Assembly: GCA_012521995.1 (NCBI GenBank)
Contig: JAAYLH010000078.1
Location: 5,535 to 69,534, forward strand
DNA from: Bacteroidales bacterium
GTDB taxonomy: Bacteria; Bacteroidota; Bacteroidia; Bacteroidales; UBA7960
DNA length: 64,000 bases
Direction: 5' to 3'
The notes under the pieces were generated by a model that made no database searches, was not told where the DNA came from, and saw only the letters and a program-made list of their open reading frames with translations. The position numbers and the translations under genes were made by a program. Of the stretch, positions 1-8,287 are shown piece by piece; within the stretch, counting starts at the first letter, position 1, and every line of letters starts with the position of its first letter.

Positions 1-542
1 CAAGCTTTACTGTCACAACCAATGAGCTCACTGCTTCTTTCAATGCCGGTAGCTCAAGTGATTCGGATGGCAGCATTGTCAGCTATGCCTGGGACTTCGG
101 GGATGGCGCGCCGGGGAGTGGAGTCAACATCGCTCATACCTATTCATCTGCAGGGACTTATGCCGTTAAGCTTACGGTCACGGATGATGATGGTGCCACC
201 GGAATCAAAACACAAAATGTCACGGTTAGCGCTACCGAACCTCCACCTCCCGGGGGCGAGAACCCTCCCCTTATTGATACCTTTAATGTAACCAAATCAA
301 ATGCAGGTCCCTGGCGTAAAGCCAATGTTAGCTGGGCGGTTTCAGATCCCGACAGCGACCTTTCCCTGGTCAGGCTGGAGCTCTTAAACGGCACAACAGT
401 TTTGCAGGGTGTTGACCTAAGTGTCAGTGGCGGCAGCGCCTCAGGATCCACTGAATTGAAATCGCGTACCCAGCCCACGGCGGTGAAGATCATCGTTACC
501 GATGGCCAGGGCAATCAGACCACAGATACCCGAACCTATTGA
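1..542 (+). CDS. 3' part of a PKD-domain secreted/surface protein (5' end outside window)
   Basis: Absent from the ORF track because it has no in-window start. Frame 3 is open from base 3 to TGA at 540-542 and reads ...SYAWDFGDGAPGSGVNIAHTYSSAGTYAVKLTVTDDDGATG..., a textbook PKD repeat, then a PPPPGGENPP linker and a second beta-rich domain. ORFs 22..291(+) and 158..514(-) are out-of-frame shadows. Confidence 0.75.
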   Translation, partial: SFTVTTNELTASFNAGSSSDSDGSIVSYAWDFGDGAPGSGVNIAHTYSSAGTYAVKLTVTDDDGATGIKTQNVTVSATEPPPPGGENPPLIDTFNVTKSNAGPWRKANVSWAVSDPDSDLSLVRLELLNGTTVLQGVDLSVSGGSASGSTELKSRTQPTAVKIIVTDGQGNQTTDTRTY

Positions 543-564
543 TTTTATATGCGGTTCCTGAATA

Positions 565-599
565 AAAATCGCCCGGATGGTTTCCGGGCGATTTTTTTA
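565..599 (+). terminator. Rho-independent terminator after the PKD-protein gene
   Basis: AAAAATCGCCCGGA (565-578), loop TGGTT, TCCGGGCGATTTTTTT: GC-rich stem followed by a T-run, 23 nt after the stop codon. Confidence 0.8.
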
Positions 600-717
600 T
601 TGGTTTTGTTTCCAAAAGGTTCTGCTTTCGTATCAGTAAGAGGCGAAAGGAATATTTTAATAAATTGAATATTAAATAATTAAGTTGATATTTTTGCCCC
701 GTTTTGATGTGTTTGAC

Positions 718-749
718 TGTTCGAAATCGTACAGTTGGTGTTCGAAATC
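718..749 (+). promoter_or_regulatory. Direct repeat TGTTCGAAATC x2 with 21-bp period (candidate LytTR-type operator)
   Basis: Identical 11-mers at 718-728 and 739-749, in the intergenic region upstream of 903..1241 and near the LytTR regulator gene. Confidence 0.4.
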
Positions 750-902
750 AAAAAAGAGCTTGCCGGAAAATCAGGATATGGTCCGGGAATTTAAAAGATT
801 CACGATATAAATAAATGATAATGAATAGAATATGCGTTTTGGCACATCATTCGATATGGATATAACAGCAACCCTGAATACCCACTTTAAAAACCAACAG
901 CC

Positions 903-1241
903 ATGAAAACAAAAGTTTTAGTACTCCTTAGTTTATTGTTGTTAAGTGCCGGCACTGCTTCGCTGGCCGCTTCAAAAGGAAAAACCACTGCCAGCCTTTC
1001 CGAGCTTGTGAAGAAAGAGATCGCCTATCCAGACTTTGCCCTCAAGAACCAATTGAATGGCACCGTGGACCTCTACTTGCTGGAAGGCGAGAACGGCCCC
1101 AGCCTGGTGACCGTCAGCGATGAGCCCCGCCTGCGCACCTACGTGGAAGGCCGCGTGAGCGAGATTGAAGACGCCCTGCTGGAAGCCTTCGCCAAAGAAC
1201 AGACCAGGCGCTTCCGCTTTACCTTCAGGTATGTGAGGTAA
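903..1241 (+). CDS. Small secreted hypothetical protein, weak TonB-C-like pattern
   Basis: ATG start. N-terminal signal peptide MKTKVLVLLSLLLLSAGTASLAA. YPDFALKNQLNGTVDLYLLEGENG resembles the YP..A....GxV motif of TonB C-terminal domains. Followed by a terminator. Confidence 0.6.
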   Translation: MKTKVLVLLSLLLLSAGTASLAASKGKTTASLSELVKKEIAYPDFALKNQLNGTVDLYLLEGENGPSLVTVSDEPRLRTYVEGRVSEIEDALLEAFAKEQTRRFRFTFRYVR

Positions 1242-1324
1242 GAAGGAAGAAAGAAGTAGAAAGTAAAAAGTAAAAAGCAGGAAGATATTGGAAGTTAATA
1301 AATCCTGCAAGCGTGAAAAAAAGC

Positions 1325-1350
1325 AAAAGGCGCGAGGGATCGCGCCTTTT
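1325..1350. terminator. Bidirectional hairpin terminator between convergent genes
   Basis: AAAAGGCGCG-AGGGAT-CGCGCCTTTT: A-run, GC stem and T-run, so it is usable on both strands. It lies between 903..1241(+) and 1351..2118(-). Confidence 0.75.
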
Positions 1351-2118
1351 CTATAATCTTTTCTCCAGCTCCCTGATCCTGGTGATGGGGATGCAGAACT
1401 CATATTCGTGCCCGTCTTTCATCAGGAAGCATTTACGTGCGAGGCGTCTGACGCGGGTGAGGTAGCTGAGATTGATGATGTTCGAGCGGTTGATGCGCAT
1501 AAAGCCTTTGTCGGGCAGGAGGTTTTCGAGCGCGCCCAGGTTCATCGTGACGGTCTCGTAGGTGTCGGGGCCCGTATATACCTTGGCATAGTTCCAGTCG
1601 GCCTGGATGTAAATGATGTCGGCCAGGTTCATCATCAGGAAGCCCCCGGCACAGGCCAGCTTGATCTTACGCTGATAGTCGACGGTATCGAGCAGGTTCA
1701 GGTATTTGGCCGAGCGTTCTTCCCTGGCGTGGTAGTCGAAAAAGCGCTGGATGCTTTTTTGCAGCTCTCGTTTTTCAATGGGTTTGAGCAGGTAATCGAA
1801 GGCAGCCGACTTAATGGCCTGTATGGCGAAGGTATCGTAGGCGGTGACAAAGATCACAGAAGGCTCGAAGCTGGCTTCCTTCAGGTCGCGTATCACCTCG
1901 AAGCCGTTGATGACGGGCATTTGGATGTCGAGAAAGACCAGGTCGGGTTTGGTCTGCAGGATTTGTTCCACGGCTTGCCCGGGGTCGTGTTCGGTGGCTA
2001 CCACCTCTATGCCCGGCTCATAGGCCAGCAATTTCTTCATCTCCTCGATGAAATGGAACTCATCGTCAACAATGGCGGCTGTGACGGCCGGCTCGTACAT
2101 CTCAAAGGCTCTCTTCAT
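1351..2118 (-). CDS. LytR/AlgR-family response regulator (REC + LytTR DNA-binding domain)
   Basis: Receiver motifs AAIVDDE, DLVFLDIQMP and FVTAY...KP. The C-terminal half (ADIIYIQADWNYAKVYT...FMRINRSNIINLSYL) is the LytTR signature. Confidence 0.9.
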   Translation of the reverse strand: MKRAFEMYEPAVTAAIVDDEFHFIEEMKKLLAYEPGIEVVATEHDPGQAVEQILQTKPDLVFLDIQMPVINGFEVIRDLKEASFEPSVIFVTAYDTFAIQAIKSAAFDYLLKPIEKRELQKSIQRFFDYHAREERSAKYLNLLDTVDYQRKIKLACAGGFLMMNLADIIYIQADWNYAKVYTGPDTYETVTMNLGALENLLPDKGFMRINRSNIINLSYLTRVRRLARKCFLMKDGHEYEFCIPITRIRELEKRL

Positions 2119-2538
2119 TGCGGCTGATTCTGATGGTTACTTTCGTGCCCAGTGGTCTTCCTTCCTCGCCAAACAAGTCCTGAATATCGGCAGAGAAATC
2201 CTTTTTATAATATTTTTTGTTAAGGTTATAAAATTCTTTCATAATTGCAAGCCCTTTTCCGGTGGAGACCGTTTTATTTTCAGCGGCTTGTTTTCTGCCC
2301 ACGCCATTGTCGGAGATGCTGATCAGCAGCCCTGCCCACCTGCCTCGCTGATCCCGGTTGCATCAAGAAAATGTCCGGTGAGGGTTATGGGTGAGGCAGG
2401 CATTGTGGTCACTGCGGTGGATTCATTCGGGAGGTTAAGATAACTGGTGTGGCCCGACCAGTTATTGGAACGCGAAACTGGGGTTTGGCATGGCAGCAAT
2501 GGTGGCCTACTTTCCATGAGCATAGGAGCCTTCGCCAT
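2102..2538 (-). pseudogene. Frameshifted 3' fragment of the cognate sensor histidine kinase (HATPase_c remnant)
   Basis: The frame ending at 2102 reads ...WAGLLISISDNGVGRKQAAENKTVSTGKGLAIMKEF...PLGTKVTIRIS: a G1 box (DNGVG), a G2-like GKGLA and the terminal GT.V.I motif. It overlaps the regulator start by 17 nt, as in intact HK-RR pairs. This frame is closed by TGA about 15 codons upstream of DNGVG. The only upstream ORF (2323..2538) is in another frame, and I could not recognise an H-box or a convincing N-box in it. No TM/sensor or His_kinase region exists before the repeat array at 2600. Confidence 0.55.
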
Positions 2539-2599
2539 GTAGGATGACTTTCCCCGCTTGTCAATGCAGCCTGGCAGGGAGGGTTTTCCTTTGGAGATT

Positions 2600-2698
2600 A
2601 GACGTACTTAAGACGTACTTAAGACGTACCTAAGACGTACCTAATACGTATAAAATACGTTTAAAGTACGTGTGAGATACGTTTGATCTACGTCTGAT
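2600..2698. repeat. Tandem array of nine 11-bp units with invariant ACGT core
   Basis: AGACGTACTTA x2, AGACGTACCTA x2, ATACGTATAAA, ATACGTTTAAA, GTACGTGTGAG, ATACGTTTGAT, CTACGTCTGAT. CpG at 2603, 2614, 2625, 2636, 2647, 2658, 2669, 2680 and 2691, exactly 11 bp apart. Confidence 0.95.
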
Positions 2699-2837
2699 CT
2701 TTGAGACTGATCGAACCCGGAAGAGGCCGCGGAAAAGTTTCACCGGGCTTTAGCCCAAGCCGATGTGAAGTGGGTTTCGATGAAAGTTCAGGCAGGGTTG
2801 GCCTTATTCTACGGGCAACACACAAAAAAGGGCATGG

Positions 2838-2879
2838 GAAAAAAGAAAAAGGCCGGCTCCTTTGCGGGGGCCGGCCTTT
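2838..2879 (-). terminator. Rho-independent terminator downstream of tRNA-Gln
   Basis: Minus strand reads AAAGGCCGGC-CCCCGCAAAGGA-GCCGGCCTTTTTCTTTTTT, starting 9 nt after the tRNA 3' end. Confidence 0.8.
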
Positions 2880-2887
2880 GGGCTGTG

Positions 2888-2958
2888 TTGACCGATCAGG
2901 ATTCGAACCTGAACAGGCAGAACCAAAATCTGCAGTGCTACCGTTACACCATCGGTCA
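2888..2958 (-). tRNA. tRNA-Gln (anticodon UUG)
   Basis: Minus strand TGACCGA TG GTGT AACGGTA GCAC T GCAGA TTTTGGT TCTGC CTGT TCAGG TTCGAAT CCTGA TCGGTCA A folds as a 71-nt cloverleaf with all four stems paired. Anticodon loop is TT-TTG-GT. CCA is not encoded. Confidence 0.9.
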
Positions 2959-3223
2959 GTACCTTTTTGATTCGGGTTGCAAAGATAAAACTATTTTTTT
3001 TTCCGGCAATTATTTTTTCAGAATTTTGATAAAAATCATAACATGCAGTCAAGCGATCCGTTAGAAGGGAAAGAGGGGATGAAGGCTTGTGTGACAGGCG
3101 CTTGTAAAGAATGTTAAAAAGGGGAATTTTTCCTTTGTTTTTTCATAACTTCGCAGGCGGTTTTTGCGGGGTATTATTCCTGCAGGCAAGCTGAACCCTA
3201 ATAACATAAAACCCTTTTCACCG

Positions 3224-6200
3224 ATGGACGAAAAGATGTACAAGAAGTGGAATAACATCCTGGCCTGGGCTGTATTTGCCATAGGGGCCACGGTATTTTT
3301 TTCAAGCCTGGAGCCCACGGCCAGTTTTTGGGATGCAGGCGAGCGCCTCTCGGTTTCGTATAAGCTTCAGATCGGTCACCCCCCCGGAGCGCCGCTTTAC
3401 CAGATGATGGCGCGAATGTTCTCGTTGCTGTCGTTTGGCGACACGAGCAAAGTGGCATTCTGGATCAACGCCATGTCGGCCACGGCAGGTGCCCTGACGG
3501 TCAGTTTCCTGTTTCGCACCATCACCATCCTTGGGCGAAAACTCATTGCCGACAAGGTGGAAGTGACCCGGGAGCGTGCCATCGCCATCTTTGGCAGTGG
3601 ATTTGTCGGAGCCCTGGCCCTTACTTTTAGCGACTCGTTCTGGTTTACCGCCGTGGAAGCCGAGGTATATGTCACCTCCCTGTTTCTTACTGCTTTTGTG
3701 TTCTGGTCGATCCTGAAATGGGAGGCCAGCGAGCATGAAAAGGACTCGCTGCGCTGGCTTGTGATGATCGCCTTTATCATAGGGCTTTCCATCGGGGTGC
3801 ACATGCTCAACCTGCTTGCCATCCCTGCAATCGTATTTGTTTATTATTTCAAGAAGTTCAACCCGACGCCCAAGGGGATTATCATCACGGGGATCATCTC
3901 GGTGCTTTTGCTGGGATTTATCATGAGTGTGCTGATTCCGGGCATCCTGATTCTTGACTGGAGGTTTGAGAAGTTCTTTGTCAATGTGCTGGGCCTGCCC
4001 TTCCATAGCGGTACGATCTTTTACTTTGCAGCCCTCATCGCCGCCATAGCCTATGGCTTGTATTACACCCAAAAGCACAGGAAGGTGGTGCTGAATACGG
4101 TCATCCTTGCCGTGACCTTTATCGTCATTGGGTATTCGTCGTTTTTCATGCTGGTTGTGCGTTCCAATGCCCAGGTTCCCATCAACGAGAATGCGCCCAA
4201 GGATGCCCTGGCGATGAAGGCTTACCTGGGGCGTGAGCAATACGGCTCGTGGCCATTGCTGAAGGGGCCCTATTACAATTCGCCCATGATGGATGCTGTG
4301 GACGGCAAGCCTGTCTATGGCAAGAACAAGGAGAGCGGGCGTTATGAGGTCATCAATCCCCGCACCGGCCTTGAACCAGTTTACCATCCTGAATTTATCA
4401 CCCTGTTTCCCAGGATGCACAGCAACCAGCAGGCTATTCACGCAAGTGGCTATGAGAGCTGGGGCAACGTAAATGGGCGGCCCATACGGTTTACAGGCCC
4501 CGACGGGCAGCAGCGTACCATCACAAAGCCTACCTTTGGCGAGAACCTTCGTTTCTTCTTTGCTTACCAGATGGGTCATATGTACTGGCGATATTTTATG
4601 TGGAATTTCGCCGGCAGGCAAAACGACATCCAGGGACATGGGAGCCCCGTGGAGGGCAACTGGCTGAGCGGCATACGTTTCCTCGACGAGGCGCGGCTGG
4701 GGCCGCAGGATAAGCTGCCCGAGAGCATGGCATCCAACCGTGGATACAATCGTTATTACATGCTTCCTTTGCTGCTGGGCATCTTTGGCATGCTCTTCCA
4801 GCTGCGGCGCCGCCCCGGCGACACCCTGGTGGTTGCCCTGTTGTTTTTCATGACAGGATTGGCCATTGTGATCTACCTCAACCAGACGCCTTACCAGCCC
4901 CGTGAGCGCGACTATTCGTACATTGGCTCGTTTTATGCATTCTCCATCTGGGTGGGGTTGGGGGTGATGAGCCTGTACAACTTCATTGCGAAGAAGCTCA
5001 ACGGTAAGATTGCCGGGGTGCTGGCCATCGTGTTGGGGCTTTTGATGGCACCGGCCCTGTTTGCCAAAGAGAACTGGGACGACCACGACCGCTCGCACCG
5101 TTACCTGGTGAGGGATGTGGCCAAGAACTACCTGGAGTCGTGTGCCCCTAATGCCATCATTTTTACCAACGGCGACAATGATACGTTCCCGCTGTGGTAT
5201 GCCCAGGAGGTGGAGGGCGTGCGCCCGGACGTGAAGGTTGTGAACCTGAGCCTGTTCAACACCGACTGGTATATCAACAATATGATGCGTCGCAAGATGT
5301 ATGATGCCGAGCCCCTGCCCCTGAGCATGGAGCCCCATCAGTATCGCGACGGGACGCGGGATTATGTGTATATGGTTGAGAGCGAGACGCTTCAGGGGCA
5401 TCAGGACCTGCGCAGCGTGATTAACTTTGTGGGCAGCGATAACCAGCGTACGCGCATCAGGACCTCACGTGGCTTTGAAGATTATTTTCCGACAAAAAAA
5501 TTCCGCCTGCCTGTTGACTCGGCCAAAGTAGTGGCCAATGGCACGGTGGCTCCCGAGGATGCACACCTGATCGTGCCTTATGTGGAATGGACTATGGAAG
5601 GTACGGGGTTGCAGAAAAGTCATATGATGGTGCTTGATTTTCTGGCCGCCAACAACTGGGAGCGTCCTGTGTATTTCGCCATCACTACGGGAGGAGATTC
5701 GTATATGGGCCTGGAAGAGTATTTCCAACTGGATGGTATGGCTTATAGGCTGGTGCCCATCCGCACGCCCGATCTGGAAGGGCAGCCCGGACGGATCAAT
5801 ACCCGCATCCTGTATGACAACGTCATGAACAAGTTTGAGTGGGGCAACATCAACGACCCCAGGGTTTACCTCAACGAAGACCACCGCAGGCTTACGGTAA
5901 ACTTCCGTAATATCATGCAGCGGCTGGCCCATACGCTGATTGATGAGGGCAAGGCGGATTCGGCTGTGGTGGTGCTTGATAAGGCCATGGAATTGATGCC
6001 CGAAACGCAGGTGCCCTACAACTATTTCAACCTGCTGATTGGAGAAGCATATTACCGAGCAGGGGAGGTGGAAAAAGGGGCAGCCATTGCAGGACGCATG
6101 CTGGAGCTGTACGCACAGGATTTGAAGCATTACTTTAGTTTTACAGGCCAGCGGGCCACTTTCCTCGAGCGTAACAAGCAGGAAGCTCTTGCGCTGATGC

Positions 6201-6304
6201 AGCGCGTCCAGTTTCTGGCGAGCGAATATGGGCAGGAAGAGCTCAGCGCCAAGGCGCGGGAGCAGTTTGACACCTATTACCAGCTATTCATTCAGGGCTT
6301 TTAA
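3224..6304 (+). CDS. DUF2723-type polytopic membrane glycosyltransferase-like protein (GT-C fold, TMEM260-like) with C-terminal TPR-like region
   Basis: N-terminus ...SLEPTASFWDAGERLSVSYKLQIGHPPGAPLYQM is the DUF2723 signature as I recall it. About 10 or more hydrophobic spans, then a large soluble C-terminal half. I prefer ATG 3224 (MDEKMYKKWNN) to the non-ATG start at 3164. The large antisense ORFs are shadows. Confidence 0.8.
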   Translation: MDEKMYKKWNNILAWAVFAIGATVFFSSLEPTASFWDAGERLSVSYKLQIGHPPGAPLYQMMARMFSLLSFGDTSKVAFWINAMSATAGALTVSFLFRTITILGRKLIADKVEVTRERAIAIFGSGFVGALALTFSDSFWFTAVEAEVYVTSLFLTAFVFWSILKWEASEHEKDSLRWLVMIAFIIGLSIGVHMLNLLAIPAIVFVYYFKKFNPTPKGIIITGIISVLLLGFIMSVLIPGILILDWRFEKFFVNVLGLPFHSGTIFYFAALIAAIAYGLYYTQKHRKVVLNTVILAVTFIVIGYSSFFMLVVRSNAQVPINENAPKDALAMKAYLGREQYGSWPLLKGPYYNSPMMDAVDGKPVYGKNKESGRYEVINPRTGLEPVYHPEFITLFPRMHSNQQAIHASGYESWGNVNGRPIRFTGPDGQQRTITKPTFGENLRFFFAYQMGHMYWRYFMWNFAGRQNDIQGHGSPVEGNWLSGIRFLDEARLGPQDKLPESMASNRGYNRYYMLPLLLGIFGMLFQLRRRPGDTLVVALLFFMTGLAIVIYLNQTPYQPRERDYSYIGSFYAFSIWVGLGVMSLYNFIAKKLNGKIAGVLAIVLGLLMAPALFAKENWDDHDRSHRYLVRDVAKNYLESCAPNAIIFTNGDNDTFPLWYAQEVEGVRPDVKVVNLSLFNTDWYINNMMRRKMYDAEPLPLSMEPHQYRDGTRDYVYMVESETLQGHQDLRSVINFVGSDNQRTRIRTSRGFEDYFPTKKFRLPVDSAKVVANGTVAPEDAHLIVPYVEWTMEGTGLQKSHMMVLDFLAANNWERPVYFAITTGGDSYMGLEEYFQLDGMAYRLVPIRTPDLEGQPGRINTRILYDNVMNKFEWGNINDPRVYLNEDHRRLTVNFRNIMQRLAHTLIDEGKADSAVVVLDKAMELMPETQVPYNYFNLLIGEAYYRAGEVEKGAAIAGRMLELYAQDLKHYFSFTGQRATFLERNKQEALALMQRVQFLASEYGQEELSAKAREQFDTYYQLFIQGF

Positions 6305-6325
6305 TGCTGCCCGGTAAATAAACTG

Positions 6326-6378
6326 ACATCCCTGTTTAAGCACGCCCTAATGTGCTAAAAAACAGGGATGTTTTTTTA
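6326..6378 (+). terminator. Rho-independent terminator
   Basis: ACATCCCTGTT (6326-6336) pairs with AACAGGGATGT (6361-6371) and is followed by TTTTTTT. The 24-nt loop has its own small hairpin. Confidence 0.7.
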
Positions 6379-6476
6379 TTAATTGGAAAAAAAGTATTAC
6401 TTTTGCGCAGAATATTGCAAATCGCCAATTTGTTGAGGGGGCAATTTAGTCCCCTCTTTCATTGGAAGCCGTTGAT

Positions 6477-6947
6477 ATGATAGACGCCAGACAGATTGAA
6501 AGCATCGTAAATGAATACCTAGAGGGTACCGAAAAGTTCCTTGTGAGCGTGCATGTACACCAGGGCAACAGGGTGCAGGTGCTGCTGGATGGTGAGGGGG
6601 GTATTCAGGTTGGTGACTGCGCTTTGCTGAGCAAGCATATTGAGTCATTTTTTGATCGCGACAGGGAGGATTTTGACCTGGAGGTGTCTTCGGTAGGGGT
6701 GGGTTCACCCCTGAAGCTCAAGCGTCAGTATCGCCTCAATGTGGGCCGCAACATTATGGTGTTGGGACAAGACCTGAAGAAGACCCGGGGCAAACTGGCT
6801 GAAGTGCTGGAAGAAGGCATCCGCATTGAAAAGGAAAAAACCGGGAAGAAACCCAAAAAAGGGGAAATCCCTGAAGACCCCGTAGTCTTTTTTGCTTTCA
6901 ATGATATTAAGGAAGCCCGTATCCAGGTTTCGTTCAGCAAGGAATAA
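6477..6947 (+). CDS. rimP: Ribosome maturation factor RimP
   Basis: About 155 aa, immediately upstream of nusA-infB (canonical synteny). ...LVSVHVHQGNRVQVLLDGEGGIQVGDCALLSKHIE...DLEVSSVGVGSPL fits RimP. ATG 6477 preferred over TTG 6462. Confidence 0.85.
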   Translation: MIDARQIESIVNEYLEGTEKFLVSVHVHQGNRVQVLLDGEGGIQVGDCALLSKHIESFFDRDREDFDLEVSSVGVGSPLKLKRQYRLNVGRNIMVLGQDLKKTRGKLAEVLEEGIRIEKEKTGKKPKKGEIPEDPVVFFAFNDIKEARIQVSFSKE

Positions 6948-6990
6948 GAAGGAAAAACAAGAGGTTTAACAAGTAATTGACCGCAAGCGT

Positions 6991-8226
6991 ATGGAAAGTA
7001 TAAATTTGGTTGAGTCGTTTTCCGAGTTTAAGGAGTTTAAAAATATTGACCGCTCTACCATGATGTTGATCCTTGAGGATGTGTTCAAAAGCATGCTTAT
7101 GAAGAAATACGGGTCGGCAGATAATTTTGATATCATTGTCAATATCGATAAGGGAGACCTTGAGGTATGGCACAACAGGGTGATCGTTGAAGACGGTGAG
7201 GTGGAAGACCCCAGCGCCGAGATTGCCTATTCGGAAGCCATCAAGATCGAGCCTGACTTTGAAATCGGGGAAGAGGTATCGGAGCCGGTAAAGATGGCTG
7301 ACTTTGGGCGCCGCGAGATCCTGGCCATCCGTCAGAACCTTGCCTCTAAGATTCTTGAACTGGAGAAAGACAGCATATACAAGAAATACCAGGAGCAGGT
7401 GGGTGACCTTGTCACTGCCGAGGTATACCAGGTATGGAAAAAGGAGATTCTGGCCCTTGACGATGAAGGCATTGAACTGATCCTTCCCAAGACCGAGCAG
7501 ATTCCTTCGGATTTCTTCCGCAAGGGCGATACGGTGCGTGCTGTTGTGGCCCGCGTGGAGATTAAGAACAACAACCCGCTGATCATTCTTTCGCGTACCT
7601 CTCCCGTCTTCCTCGAACGTTTGTTTGAGCAGGAAGTGCCCGAAGTGTTTGATGGGCTGATTACCATCAAGAAGATCGTGCGTGTGCCCGGTGAGCGTGC
7701 CAAGGTTGCCGTAGAGTCGTACGACGACCGTATAGACCCCGTAGGGGCTTGCGTAGGCATGAAGGGATCGAGGATCCATGGGATAGTACGCGAGTTGCGC
7801 AACGAGAACATCGATGTGATCAACTTCACCACCAACCCCAACCTGTTCATCACCCGTGCCCTGAGCCCTGCCAAGATCAACTCGATCACCCTTGACGACA
7901 AGAACAAGCGTGCTGAGGTCTTCCTGAAGCCCGACCAGGTGTCGCTGGCTATCGGGAAAGGCGGTTTCAACATCAAGCTGGCAGGCTTGCTTACAGGCTA
8001 TGAGATTGATGTTTACCGCGATACCGACGTGGAAACCGAGGACGTTGACCTGATGGAGTTCAACGACGAGATCGAACAGTGGGTCATTGACGAATTTAAG
8101 AATATTGGCTGCGATACCGCTAAGAGTGTGCTCAATCTGAGCGTGGAAGACCTGGTGAAACGTACTGACCTGGAAGAGGAAACGATCCAGGAGGTGATGC
8201 GGATACTCAAGGCAGAATTCGAATAA
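6991..8226 (+). CDS. nusA: Transcription termination/antitermination factor NusA
   Basis: S1 domain ([10 protein letters not shown]) and KH domains ([26 protein letters not shown]; [12 protein letters not shown]). rimP-nusA-infB synteny. Confidence 0.97.
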   Translation: MESINLVESFSEFKEFKNIDRSTMMLILEDVFKSMLMKKYGSADNFDIIVNIDKGDLEVWHNRVIVEDGEVEDPSAEIAYSEAIKIEPDFEIGEEVSEPVKMADFGRREILAIRQNLASKILELEKDSIYKKYQEQVGDLVTAEVYQVWKKEILALDDEGIELILPKTEQIPSDFFRKGDTVRAVVARVEIKNNNPLIILSRTSPVFLERLFEQEVPEVFDGLITIKKIVRVPGERAKVAVESYDDRIDPVGACVGMKGSRIHGIVRELRNENIDVINFTTNPNLFITRALSPAKINSITLDDKNKRAEVFLKPDQVSLAIGKGGFNIKLAGLLTGYEIDVYRDTDVETEDVDLMEFNDEIEQWVIDEFKNIGCDTAKSVLNLSVEDLVKRTDLEEETIQEVMRILKAEFE

Positions 8227-8287
8227 AACCCTTAATTTTGCAAGATTTTTCGCCGCCTCCGAATATTTTGAAAACCTAAACCTGAAT

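Noticed and set aside
1243-1300. Polypurine tract (GAAGGAAGAAAGAAGTAGAAAGTAAAAAGTAAAAAGCAGGAAG), and a similar A-rich GAAAAATA-type tract at 63955-64000
   Set aside because: Low-complexity sequence right after a stop codon or at the window edge. It has no repeat register, no pairing partner and no recognisable motif, so nothing testable beyond composition.
2600-2698. Possibility that the short-repeat arrays (also 39105-39203) are CRISPR arrays
   Set aside because: The units are 11 bp and directly abutting with no spacers. There are no cas genes in the window and no leader-like organisation.
2701-2735. tRNA-like fragment (GATCGAACCCGG...) as a bona fide second tRNA or a definite att site
   Set aside because: It does not fold into a T-arm or acceptor stem. 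Similarity to the tRNA-Gln 3' half needs several gaps and could be chance. It is kept only as weak support in the kinase-truncation finding.
2701-3064. ORFs 2701..2970, 2765..3064 and 2804..3052, which overlap tRNA-Gln and its terminator
   Set aside because: They run through a well-folding tRNA and a terminator hairpin, and the translations look random.
3302-5401. 699-aa ORF on the minus strand, plus 3397..3822 and 5465..6130, antisense to the DUF2723 gene
   Set aside because: It lies entirely inside a plus-strand ORF with clear family motifs. Its translation is low-complexity (R/G/H/P/Q-rich) with no motifs, the typical antisense shadow in GC3-biased coding DNA.
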